DNA of 64,000 bases from positions 12,503,325 through 12,567,324 of the forward strand of contig MU054187.1 in NCBI GenBank assembly GCA_013239625.1, read 5' to 3'. The stretch is from Lama guanicoe. Lineage: Eukaryota. Below are positions 39,877 to 51,222 of the stretch, one piece after another. Below the pieces are notes generated by a model, which saw only the letters and a program-made list of their open reading frames with translations, was not told where the DNA came from and did not search any database. The translations under genes and the position numbers were made by a program. Every line of letters begins with the position of its first letter. The first letter of the stretch is position 1.

Positions 39877-40937
39877 CTAGTCACAAAACATGTAAAAGAT
39901 ATTGTCACACTTTAAATGATAATTTAGCCTTTTAAGAGATCAATTTTCATACAGCTGACTTGTGAAAGGCTACAAAAACTATTAACATTTAGAGGAAATA
40001 GAAATGGGATGAATTATAGCAGCGTATCTCTGGGATGGTAACTGTTCCTTCTGTCTCAAAGACAGAGATTTTTATTCTTTTATGCCCCTCTAGGTCTCTA
40101 TAAAAGCCTTTGTGTTTTTCTAGTCATTCCTATTTTATACAAAAATTTGAAAGTCACTCTTCATAATTTCAGCTAGCTTTGAGATTGAGATGGGTGTTGA
40201 AGAGGCAGGAATACAGAATCCAGGAACATTTCTCTATTGAGATGCCTAACATATAGTGAAAAAAAAGTCATTGCATCATGCCAATAGCTAATAATAAAAG
40301 GATGATAACATAAAGTTCTTTCTGTGAATGCTGAAAAGAAGCCCCAAACCTGGGGCTAAGATATTAAACCATTAAAATAAATGTAACCCATATTACCCTC
40401 ACTGACACAAAGAAAATCAATTAATTAACCAGTCAAATAGCTAACTGGCAATGATCTAACCAGTATACTAACGTACAGTAACTACAAGCACCAGGACATC
40501 AAAGTGCTGAAACACTGTGATAATTGGGGAAACAGAACACAAACAGGTAATAATTAGAGAACTACACTCGGTACCATTTAATGGATACCAAATGAACAAC
40601 TGAGCTAATAAAAGCAACTGGAGTTTAGAGAAAGGAGAAACAATTAGGAAAGGATTCATAAATATGATAGAACTTGAGGTACAACTTACAGGGTGAGGAG
40701 GATTGGGAAGAATTCAGAGAAAGACCTGCAGGTAAGGGGAACAGCATTAGTAAAGGCATAGAAATGAGGACGAGTGTGGCATCTGTGCAAAACACAATGC
40801 TACCAACTTGTCTGATGCAAAACACTGGTTAGGAAGAGGGGCCTCTCAAATAAAGAGGAGAGGGGTAAATAGGATAAGCTCAGATCATGGAGGGGCTTAA
40901 GATGCCTTTCACAGAACAGAAGAATTTAAACTTCAGT

Positions 40938-41085
40938 GGGGGGAGGGTACAGCTCGGTGGTAGAGTGTGTACTCAGCATGTATGAGGTCCTCGGTTCAAT
41001 CCTCAGTACCTCCATTAAAACAAATAAATAGATAAACAAATCTAATTACCACCCCCCCGCAAAAAGAATAAATTATTAAAATAAA
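40938..41085 (+). mobile_element. tRNA-derived SINE (Vic-1-like)
   Basis: GGGGGAGGGTACAGCTCGGTGGTAGAG...GGTTCAATCCTCAGTACCTCC, then CTAATTACCACCCC. Confidence 0.85.
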
Positions 41086-43491
41086 AACTTTATCACACGT
41101 TGTCTACCGTGCACTCTTCAGTAAGAAAATGAAATAGTGTTAAAAGGTCAATTAGTCTGGCAGCTGTAGGTGGGGGGGTTGAGGGGGGAGTGATCAGAAA
41201 GACCAGGAGGGGATGACTGCAATAACCCAGCTAGCAGGTAACCAGGGCTAGTGTTGTATCAATGGAAATATGGAGAGAGAAAAAGACATTAGAGGAAAAT
41301 TGGCAAGGCATAGAAATCTGGCTGGTAGGGGGGATAAAGGAGGTAGAAATACTGCAAATATAATAAAAACAAAATAAAATGACAGCAACTAGAACTTCCC
41401 TCTCCAGCCCCAAACTCCATTATTTTTTATCTTTGAGGCTGAAGCAAAAATAATATGCTATTCGGGGACTGACATTACAGAATAAGGCTATTTTCATTAT
41501 GGAGTGAGAGAGTGAGGTTTTTTTGTTTTTATTTTTAATCTGCATAATTTTATCTGTCAGTAAAGAGGTGGAGATATTATACTTCAAGTTAAGAAATCTT
41601 TTCAAAAAAACTCACAATTATCTCAAAATTAGAAAATAAATGTCATCCTATAAAATAACTCCATTTAAGTTTTTAAAATTATATGCAAATATGAAAACAC
41701 TTATCATATTCACGATAGCAACTTATATAAGCAAGATGGAGAAGGGCATGCTGAAAGCAATCATATAATAATAATAATTTTTAATAAAAGTTTATCAAGA
41801 TATAATTCACAAACTATAAAATTCACCCTTTTGAAATGTACAACTCTGTGGGTATTTTTTCCAGTACAAAGACTTGTATAATTGTAATCACTGTATAACT
41901 TTTGAACATTTTCAAAACACTGTACCCAGTGGTACTCATTCCCTATTCTTACCTTCTCCCCGCCCCCTGGCAACCACTTACCTACTTTCTGTCTCTATCA
42001 TATAATTATTTTATCAGAAGGAAACCCTCATTTGTTAAGGTTTAAATATTAGATTATAACATCATTGCTGATGCTAATTATTTAAGTTGATACAAACATG
42101 TAATACTGTTCCTGTATAATACTTTCCAATAAAAACACACTTTAATTGAATAGCATAGAAACAAATGTTTGACTTCTAGGACTAGAATATTAAATACATG
42201 GCAAAGGCCCAACTTCAGCTGCAAAATAATGATTATCAAATAACAAAATATATTTTGTAAGGTTTAGTCAAAAACTAACCAAAACAGAACACTTAAGCAG
42301 CCTGGGGCTGTACAGTTCTCATGTCTAGTAAAATTCTGGCTCCCTGTAAGTCACCAGGAGTTGCTAAATCATACACTGATTGTAATTTAAATTTCTGTAA
42401 GCAGGTTGCTTCGGAGTTACTGTATCTTCCCATAGAAATCTTATAAATGGCGTTCATAATTTTGGTCTGGCCTGTAAAAACACAGGTTGTTAGCGCTGTC
42501 AAGTAGTTGAAAAATTTCTGCCATACTAATAATTCAACAGTTATAAAAAATTAAACTAATAATTAAAATATGGAACAGAAATTATAAAGCAAAAAAGAAC
42601 AAGAATGCTAACAATTAAGGATTTAGAGAATGAAGAAACACATGGAACTTTTGCGGGGAGATTCTGACAGTTACCTCTGTATAATTTCAGTGTGGAATAA
42701 CTCAAGGTTTGCATATAGCTGGTCCAGCTTCAATAAAGTTCAGAATGAAACACAACCAGCCACTTCTCAAATAAAGTATTAAAGTTTTAGTGGCTATAAA
42801 ACAGTGTCAAATTTCTCCCTGATTTTCTTTAAATCAATATATTAGGTAATCTAGTATATAAGTACTGTTTTGTATGGAACCCAAAACTATTTTAATTTTT
42901 ACTTTAAAAAAAGTGGGTGAGTAAAATGATTATGAATCAATAAAAAATGTAAAAAAAAAAAAGTGGGTGAGATGTCCATTAAGAGGTGAATGGATACACA
43001 AATGGTGGCACGTTCCTACCACGGATTACTACTTCGCAGTAAGAAAGGAACAAACTACTAATGCAGGAAACATGGGTGAATCTCAAAAACACAATGCTGT
43101 GTGAAAGGATAGAGAGTGATTCTGGATCCCTATGTTACGGGCAACTTTGGAACACAGGCCAAAACTAATCTACAGTGAAATGAAGCAGATGAGTGGTTGC
43201 TGGAGGTGGAGGGGGAAATCACTGCAGGGGGGAGGGGGGGGGCCTCTTTTTGGGGAGGTGAGAATGTTCTTTATCTTGACTGGAGTGATCATATACGCGT
43301 TTGCCAAACTATATACTTAAAATGGGTACATTTCATGTATGTAAATTCAGGCTCGATAAAGCTGACTTATGAAGGAGAAAAAGGGGGCCATAAACATTTT
43401 AATTTTGCAAATTGGCTCTCATGCTAAAGGAGCTGACCAAAGCTAATTAAGGAGTTTTGCCATAGGGTTTTTTTTTTTTTTTTTGCCGTAG

Positions 43492-43630
43492 TTTTTTTTC
43501 TTTAATTTTTTAGTGGGCAAGGGGAGGTAATTAGGTTTCTCTGTTTATTTTTGATGGAGGTACTGGGGATTGAACCCAGGACCTCTTACGTGCTAAGCAC
43601 ACACTCTACTACTGAGCTATACCCTCCCCC
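43492..43630 (-). mobile_element. tRNA-derived SINE (Vic-1-like)
   Basis: GGAGGTAATTAGG...GGAGGTACTGGGGATTGAACCCAGGACC...CTGAGCTATACCCTCCCCC; TSD TGCC(A/G)TAG plus T-run. Confidence 0.88.
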
Positions 43631-44488
43631 TGCCATAGTTTTTTAATTCACAAAATTTAATGATAGACAAGAGAAAGAAAGGTGAGGAAAAGTCTGATTG
43701 ATAGAGAATGATTTCCTGGGCCAGGCAGTCCCCTTGGACTGGGAGGAAGGAGGTTAGAGGGGTAGGTAGGCAGGTTTTTAGAGCGGTCAGCCTGGTGATG
43801 CTGGGTGCTGTAGCTGAGAATGTTCTGATGTCCCAATTATAGTCTCAAGAACTAGAAAGAAGGTAATTAAAAATGTTAAAAAATATTAGTTGAATGCCTA
43901 CGTACATTCTTTTTGTGAATGAATGTTCTTCACCTTGTCTTGCCTGGACACGCCAAACATACCCCCATTCCAGGGTCTCTGCCTCTGCACTGCCCTCTGC
44001 CTGGGGTGCCCTCCTCTCAGACACCTGTAGGGCTCACCCCCTCTCCCTCCACCCTGGATAGAACACCAGTGATTGCCTTACGTTATAGAAGACGTGAGGC
44101 CACGTTTAGAACATGGACAGTAACAGCATCCGCCTCACAGAACTCATGAGAAGTTCTCACGCAGGGCCTGGCACACGGTGGATGCTCAGCAGTAGTTAGC
44201 CATTATGAAATCTAAAACAGTCATTGTCACACAAACTAAATAAAAACTGACCTTCATCACTGCGCAAAGGGGAGAAATAAGAGGAAAGAGTTCTGAAACA
44301 GAAAACAGGACTTTTCCTTTCCTCTGTTGTTAAAGCTGGGGACAGTATTCAAGTTATGTTCACTTCTAAAAGTACCATTTAAATATAATGTATTCAGTAC
44401 ATGGTTTACTAGCTTACTTAGCTCTGCTAACTGAATTAAATTATTCCCAAAACAGTTTTCTTCAATGAGCTTAATGTTTTCTGTTTAC

Positions 44489-44652
44489 CATTATTGATGC
44501 TTTTACAAATATCTGTTATGCCTCCAGTGTGATCACGGTGCCAGTGCGTCACTATGATTTCCTGGATTGCTGTGTTGAATTCAGTTAGAGCCTGCTTTAA
44601 GCAGCTGATATATTCTGGAATTGCTGGTTCTCCAGTGTCAATGAGGATTCTC
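44489..44652 (-). CDS. LACTB2: LACTB2 exon 2 (164 nt)
   Basis: [67 protein letters not shown]; HxHxDH metallo-beta-lactamase motif. Confidence 0.97.
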
Positions 44653-45094
44653 CTGAAAATTAAAAGATAATCACACAATTGGAGCACAGAGTTAATAGCA
44701 GCACATTTCTCACTCAGATAAATTACGGTACATTTAAGAAACTGCATAAATTATTTTGCTTTCAACATGCTTGAAAACCAGCTGTATCAGCTTAACTGTA
44801 ATAATCTCACCTTACGAAAGCTCTTTGAAAAAACTTATAGCTAAATGTAAGCCTGAACAAGGAATATTAGCAATAATATTGAACATTTACACAGCACTTA
44901 AAAGAAATACGGCACTATTCCAAGGACTTTTCATATTTTAACAATTATATTCTTCAGAACAACCTTGCAAGGTGGGCATTTCATTCTTTTAACCAGAAAT
45001 TAAGTACCTCGCTCAAGGTTACTCTGCGAGGAAATGGCAGAACCAGGTATTCTCACGCCAGATCTGCCTTCAAGATCTTTTACAGTAACTTCAA

Positions 45095-45224
45095 CATATA
45101 CAAAATCTTGTAGTAGCTCATGGTGAAAATGAATATGTGTAAATTCATGTATGACTGAAAAATTCTGCTGTACACCAGAAATTGACACAACATTGTGAAC
45201 TGAGTATAACTCAATAAAAAAAAA
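45095..45224 (+). mobile_element. Short L1 3' end
   Basis: L1 3'UTR plus poly(A); 20-bp TSD ATCTTTTACAGTA(A/T)CTTCAA at 45075-45094 and 45225-45244. Confidence 0.88.
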
Positions 45225-47029
45225 ATCTTTTACAGTATCTTCAAATGTCTCAAAGATATCAAAGAATCTGATTCAATGGTGTCCCTAAGGAAACCAAATC
45301 ATCTGCACAATGTACAAAATGGATTCTTGATGTGTTTCATGGGCTCCTTACATCAAAGTGAAGGCAGCAGGGATGCGTGGGGAAAATGTCTGAGCTGCTT
45401 CATTTCTTTACCCAGACAACCTTATTAGTTGTACTTACGGTTCTGAACCTTCCTTTGACAGGAGAATGTGGTTAGCACACCAAGGAGGGAGCGGTCAACA
45501 GTGTAAGATAATGAAATTCAAATAAGATGGGAATGGAAAAATGCCACTGGGTTTAGTGATATAGGAGCCACCTGTGATCTTTGTGGAACAGACGGATACC
45601 AATATCAGAACCTCTTACTTGGACCCAATTAAGACTCATTGCTGATTACCCAACACCTACTTATACAGCACGGCAGTAGCATCTGTACATTAACTTATTC
45701 TAGCTCAACTGTATGGGCTCATGATCATCCTCAGCTCTCACCATTCCACTCCACGAGTTCATGTGAGTGGCAGCATAAAGCAGTACGAGACTGAAGACTG
45801 AACCTGCTCTTCCCTCAATCAGTTTCAGGTTCTCTAAGTCTTTCAGCACCAGCGCTTTGCCATGCTGAGTGTGATTCTAGTGTTTAAGGATACAGTGTTT
45901 ATTTTGCATACAACATGGCCCCTAAAGTTGGCAAGCCCACTTCTTCATCTGGTTTTCAGACAGAACCAGCCATCTGTTTCATCGCTGGAAGAAAAGCAGG
46001 CTGTGTTGAACTCACTGAGAGACAGTACACTCATCTCCAACACAGTGTTTTCACGACTTTCTAGGGTAGTTTTGACTATATGCTATTTTCATCTTAGGTA
46101 CTGACTTTAGAACTCGTTTAAGATGACACACTGAAGAGAGAAGAGAATACCCATGGACTTCCTGGGGTCTCAGCCAACCCAGACTCTGTGCTAGATATCA
46201 GGTGTTTTTCGTGCTTCACTTTCTATCCTCCTAGATCCTGGAGGCACCTAAAGCTCTGACCCTGCCTTGTTTACCCCGGACTTAACTTTCTGCCTGCTTG
46301 ACTTGCTGTATTTCCAGTTCCCCCATCCTGCTGTTTCCAAAACTGTGATCTACTGGAAAAAGGCAAATACAGTAGATACTTCAAATGAAACCCCAATAAA
46401 CTATACTTATTAAGCTGTTTTTAGTAATCAGCTGTATTTTATTAATTTTAATACGTCTCAACTGCACAATTAAATTCTGTGCTCAAGGGGAACTGAATCT
46501 TATTTTATTGCCTAGAGTATACTAAAAGACTAAGTACTATATAAAAATTGCTCAACCCACTTACTGTGCAATAAATCACATATGCCCGTTTCTGCATAAT
46601 TCCACTAAAACAGAATGCAGCTGAACAAGAGAAAACTCTTAGAAATACAGACAAGTTATTCCATCTGCAAAATAACTTAAGGCCACACAATAGTAACGAA
46701 AAACAGTTAGTTAGCTCCTCTCTCCCAAGGGCTAGGGGTCTCTTTTGGGTTTCACAGCAATCCTGCCCCCTGCTGCTGATTTAAGAAAAAGGCCTCGGCA
46801 CACGAATCGCTTTTGCGAAAGGGAGTTATGCTCTGGGCCAAACACCGGTGAAAAACCAGCGGGTGCAAAGTAAACGCTTTCCTGGATTCGTAACTGCAGG
46901 AGATCTTAGTTTCTCAACAGCTTAATATGCTCATCTTGGCATTAACATGAAGCAAAGTAAATTGGGTCTCAAAAACAGGATTTTTTTTTTCCTCCATCAG
47001 TCATTTGTAAGTCAGTTGACCACCTGGGG

Positions 47030-47700
47030 TGGTCGTGATTTAGGGGCTGTCCTGAGTCGGGGCGTCGGCCGCCGTGCGGTGCCTGGTGCTCGCGCACAGC
47101 TTCTTCGACCGCGGTGAGCAGTCGTTGCAGTCTCACCTCCGCGCGTCCTGCGGGCCGCCGCTGTGTAATCGGGGTTAAAGGGGACGTTTACCTGGGGCCG
47201 GTCCCCACCAGGTAGGTGTTGGTGCCCTGCAGGGTCATGGGACCCGGGTTACAGCCCAGCACGCGAACCACCCGACTGGACAGCCGTTCGATCCGCTGCA
47301 GTGTGGCAGCCATCTCTGTCGCTGCCGCGCAGGCGGATGGAGGACGGAAGCAGCAACAAGACCCGGGGCGGGGGCGGCGGTCACGTGACGCCGCGCGAGC
47401 GGAGCGGGAGGGGAAATAGCTAGCTGTGCTGGGGGCGGGGCCAGCGGTCACCGGACGCCACGGGGAGGGGGCGCGGAGATGGGCAGCTGTGCCGGGGCGG
47501 GGCTAGAGGTCACGTGACGCTGCCCGGGTTTCGCGGGCTGAGGCGCAAAGGAGTTCGCCCACGCGAGGCTTGAGGGGGCGTGAGGCGACGCTCGAGTTCT
47601 GTCAGCGGGCTCTATCGCCTGCCACAGAGCCTGGTACATTCTTAGGAGTTTGTGTCCAGGCAGGCGAGTTCATCCAAGTGGGCGATAGACGTTTTAACCT
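47030..47700. promoter_or_regulatory. CpG island / bidirectional LACTB2-XKR9 promoter
   Basis: CpG-dense; GC boxes near 47365, 47432 and 47494; two GTCACGTGAC palindromes; CGGAAG ETS-like site at 47345; genes arranged head-to-head. Confidence 0.9.
47192..47313 (-). CDS. LACTB2: Endoribonuclease LACTB2 (beta-lactamase-like protein 2), coding exon 1 (122 nt)
   Basis: GAGATGG start; [40 protein letters not shown](R); donor AG|GTAAAC. Confidence 0.97.
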
Positions 47701-49117
47701 GGGAAGTCTTGTGATGGAGCAAAGGGCAGGCAGGTTTGGGGTTAGTCGCTGAGTTCAGTCTCCCGGAGGGTTGCTCGTCAGCTTCTCGGGTGATGGTGTG
47801 GGGTGTGTGTGAGGAGTAGCGCGCCCATCTTTCATAATAAATAGCAGTAACGAACGTTTATTTAGCGTTTACTGCTGTGCTAAGCGCTTTTTACAACCAC
47901 TGTCATTTATTCTAAACATTATCCCTTAGCTTTTTTTTTGAAATTAGGATTTCCCTTGTGCTTTTCATCACCATTTCATTTAATAAATTGCCACGCTGTT
48001 CATTTAGTAGGTGAAGAAATGGGTGCAACAAATAATTTAAAATTTAAGGGACGTGAGTAGAGTCCTGCAAGGTGACATTAGACACTAGCAGAAGAGCAGG
48101 AACAGAGGGTCGTGATGAACTTGGTTTAGACAAGTAGAAACTGAGGTGATTGTGGGATATCCCTATAAAGAGATCAGTAGACAGATATGTGGGTTGAGCT
48201 GAGAAGAAAGTTCTAGGCTACAGATACAAAACTGAGTCTTTGTGAATATGTTTAGCAATATGATTTGAAGTTTAAGTTCTTCCCCAAGAAATAAGACCAA
48301 TGATTTTTACATTCTGTTCAGTTACATTTACAATAATTTATCATCTACCTGTAACCTATAAGGTATTGTAGATGTATGGGGGGGTGCATTAAAATGAATA
48401 AGATGGTCAGCTTTCTAGAGGCTTATAACAGAAAGGAGTTGTACATGATCTAATATTTTAAAGCATATGTGGGTAAATCCTAGAGAAGTATAGTTAAAGT
48501 GATGGGATAGCAAGGAGGAAGGGAGAATCAAATTGATTAGGAAGATCCAGGGACGCTTAAAGTTGTGGATTTTGAGCTGATTTTTAAAGAACTGATAGCA
48601 CTTTAACAGGAAATGTAGGTGAAAGGGCATTCTAGATAATAAATAACCTTGAGCAAAGGCTTGGAAATAGAACTGTAGTGTTTATTTTGGGAATAGAAAC
48701 CAACAACCATATATTCTTGAGGCATAGGGTTTGAGAAGGTACACAGTTTGAAAAAAGTAGGTTTAAGTTAATGATACATTGTAAATTCTCAGTATTTCAG
48801 GAACCAGTATTTCAGGTTCAAGAATCTCTCTCCCTTTCAAACATGAATTGTCTGCTTGGATATGCTGTGTGGCAAATTGCATTTTCTTACAACTTAATTG
48901 ATAATACAGTCAAAGCTTGTAACCTAGTCAACCTATAAAAGGAGCCATGTAATTCCTTCCCCAATGTGACAATTTTAAAGGGGTGTCCTGTTGTCTCAAC
49001 GATACGGACTCTGTAATCACTGGATGAGAAATCGCATATATGACTAACAGGTGATTTCAGCTTCATTTTAGTTTCGATCATAAAGGTTCACACTCCCCTT
49101 ATTATCCTTGCTTTCAG

Positions 49118-49198
49118 TGAGGAAGAAATAAAAGAGTCCCAAGATGAAGATTCTCCGGAAGGGGCTTTGAGTTAAAGAAGGCTTTTTATACTTGAACG
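49118..49198 (+). other. XKR9: Candidate non-coding 5'UTR exon of XKR9 (81 nt)
   Basis: Pyrimidine-rich acceptor CCCCTTATTATCCTTGCTTTCAG| and strong donor CG|GTAAGT; purine-rich interior; lies between the promoter and the first coding exon. Confidence 0.6.
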
Positions 49199-49821
49199 GT
49201 AAGTCTATAACAAGTGTGTTAAATTTGATTGACAAGGGAAAGTTTGTTGGTTTGTACTTCAGGCATCTTCTTTATTGTGAAGAGATCATATGAGTTCAGC
49301 AGGCAAGGGTTGTGTATTTTGGCTGGCAGCCAAGTAGCTACACAGCTGGGCTGACCTCTGAATGTGACTGGATTGAAACTGTCCTGTTAAGTCAGTAAGT
49401 ATCACGAATTCTCTATGTCAAATTTTGTAGCTGGCATTATTTCTCCTAAGGTGGTATTGATCAGTCGTAGGAATAAAGATGAACTTTCATACAAGTTATA
49501 CAATTATGTGGTCACTGAAAGAGTTGCATGCCCTTTTTTTTAATGAGAGCTGCTATATTTATTACGTACTTTGCTTTGTAGTTTTCTTTCCAGTTGGCGT
49601 TATGTTCTGCTTCACTGAATTAGGAATTTAGAAGATGCCAAGTCAGATTAGTTTATTGAGTTTATTAGTTTATGTTCTGTCAATAATGCAATTTCTAAGT
49701 TTATTAGAAATTATTATTTCCAATCTTGTAAAGCTTGATCCAAAATGGCTAGTGTTTTTCTTATCCATGCCAGGTAAAGGAAGCTCCCTTTGTGGGGAGA
49801 GCAATTAAGAAATGCACACAT

Positions 49822-49872
49822 ATTGACACAACATTGTAAAATGATTATAAATCAATAAAAAAATGTTAAAAA
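49822..49872 (+). mobile_element. 51-bp L1 3'-terminal insertion
   Basis: Matches the 3' tip of the long L1; perfect 15-bp TSD AAGAAATGCACACAT at 49807-49821 and 49873-49887; TT/AAGA site. Confidence 0.9.
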
Positions 49873-50818
49873 AAGAAATGCACACATGGAGTGCTTAGTT
49901 ATTATAGTCTGTAATTTTAGGGAAATTATCTATAAGGTCTACCTCGTTTTAAGACGCAAACATGCGGAGTCGGGGTGGGGGCACGGTCAGCCCTGAAACA
50001 CGAGGGGCGCGCGCACAGCGAAGGCAGAGGTGGGACCCAGGCGGATACATTCAAAGACGCGTCCAACAAATAAATAAGGCATGTCAGGAAGGGGCTGAGG
50101 TGGGTGCAGGCAGGGGAGGGAGCTGTGAAGGGGCAGGCAGGGCTCCGGAGGTCACAGCTGAAGATGCAGGTATGTGGGGCGTGGGGCGTCTGGAGCCGAG
50201 GACCAGAAGGAGGGAGGGCACGACCCGGAGGGAAGAGGAGAGGACAGTGAGCAGGGGTAGGGGAAGGTGTTCAGCACTTCGGAGGGGGAGGAGGTGGAGA
50301 CCGAGGACGGGCTCCAAAAGAAGTGACGGGAAAGCTGCCGACAGGGGGCTCCCCCTCCCCCAGAGCGCCACCCCTTCCTGGGGGTACTTTGTTTTATTGT
50401 GCTTCAATAAAACAAAGATATTCGTTCTTTTGTTCTTTCGTCCTTTTTTCTTTCTCTCTTTCTCTCTCTCTCTTTTTCTTTTTTACAAATTGAACGTTTG
50501 TGGCCACTCTGCATCAAACAAGTCTACCAGGGAAATTCATGGCCTGCTAGATTGGAAAAACTCAGTTTTTTTAAAAGTTTTTTTTTCCATTTTGTTGGCC
50601 ACAACATTTTTGACAGGAAAAGTAGCAATCATGAACTTTTTTTTTCCTCTGTAAGAAGAGTGAGATATCTTTTAATATTATTATGAAGACCTTTAAACAA
50701 AATACTTGTAAGTGGTAAAATGACAAGAATGCTGTAAGTATTAGGTTGTGTGTGTTTTTAAGTAAAACTTTCCCCTCCTGGTTTTTAAAGTAATAAATGT
50801 TCTTTGTAGGACATGTAG

Positions 50819-51222
50819 GGTGTTAGTTGGCTCAGACTGCCGTAACAGAACACTACACACTGGGTGCTAAAACAACAGAAATTAATTTTCTTACAGTTCT
50901 GGAGATTGGAGGTCCAACATCAGGGTGCTAGCAGGGTTGGTGTCTGGTGAGGCCTCTTTCTTTGGGTTGCAGATGGCTCCTTTCTTCCTATGTCCTCATG
51001 TGGCCTTTCCTCTGTGTGTGTTTGGGGGTGGGAGGGGGCGAGATAGATCTCTGGTGTCTCCTCCTATTCTTATAAGGACACCACTCCTATTGGACTAGGG
51101 CCCCATCTTTGTGACTTCTTTTAAGTTTATTACCTCCTTAAAGGCCTGTCTCTAGATACAGTCACATTGGGGGTTAATACTTCAACATAATGACTTTTGG
51201 GGAGAAACTATTCAGTCTATAC
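50819..51222 (-). mobile_element. MaLR LTR (MLT1A-like)
   Basis: AACAACAGAAATTAATTTTCTTACAGTTCTGGAG...TCTGGTGAGG...CAGTCACATTGGGGGTTA; similar to the copy at 61.7 kb. Confidence 0.8.

Noticed and set aside
15420..43630. tRNA-like sequences as tRNA genes
   Set aside because: All carry SINE tails, A-runs and usually TSDs, and they diverge from each other; they are SINE heads.
47314..47451. In-frame 46-codon Arg/Ser/Ala-rich extension upstream of the LACTB2 ATG as a cryptic mitochondrial presequence
   Set aside because: No upstream ATG; it runs through promoter motifs that are probably upstream of the TSS; its composition is expected from GC content; the main ATG has strong Kozak context.
49962..50654. 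230-aa ORF in the GC-rich block
   Set aside because: Low-complexity R/G/E followed by F/L/S from simple tracts, with no recognisable domain. The DNA is flagged as a finding, but the protein is unsupported.
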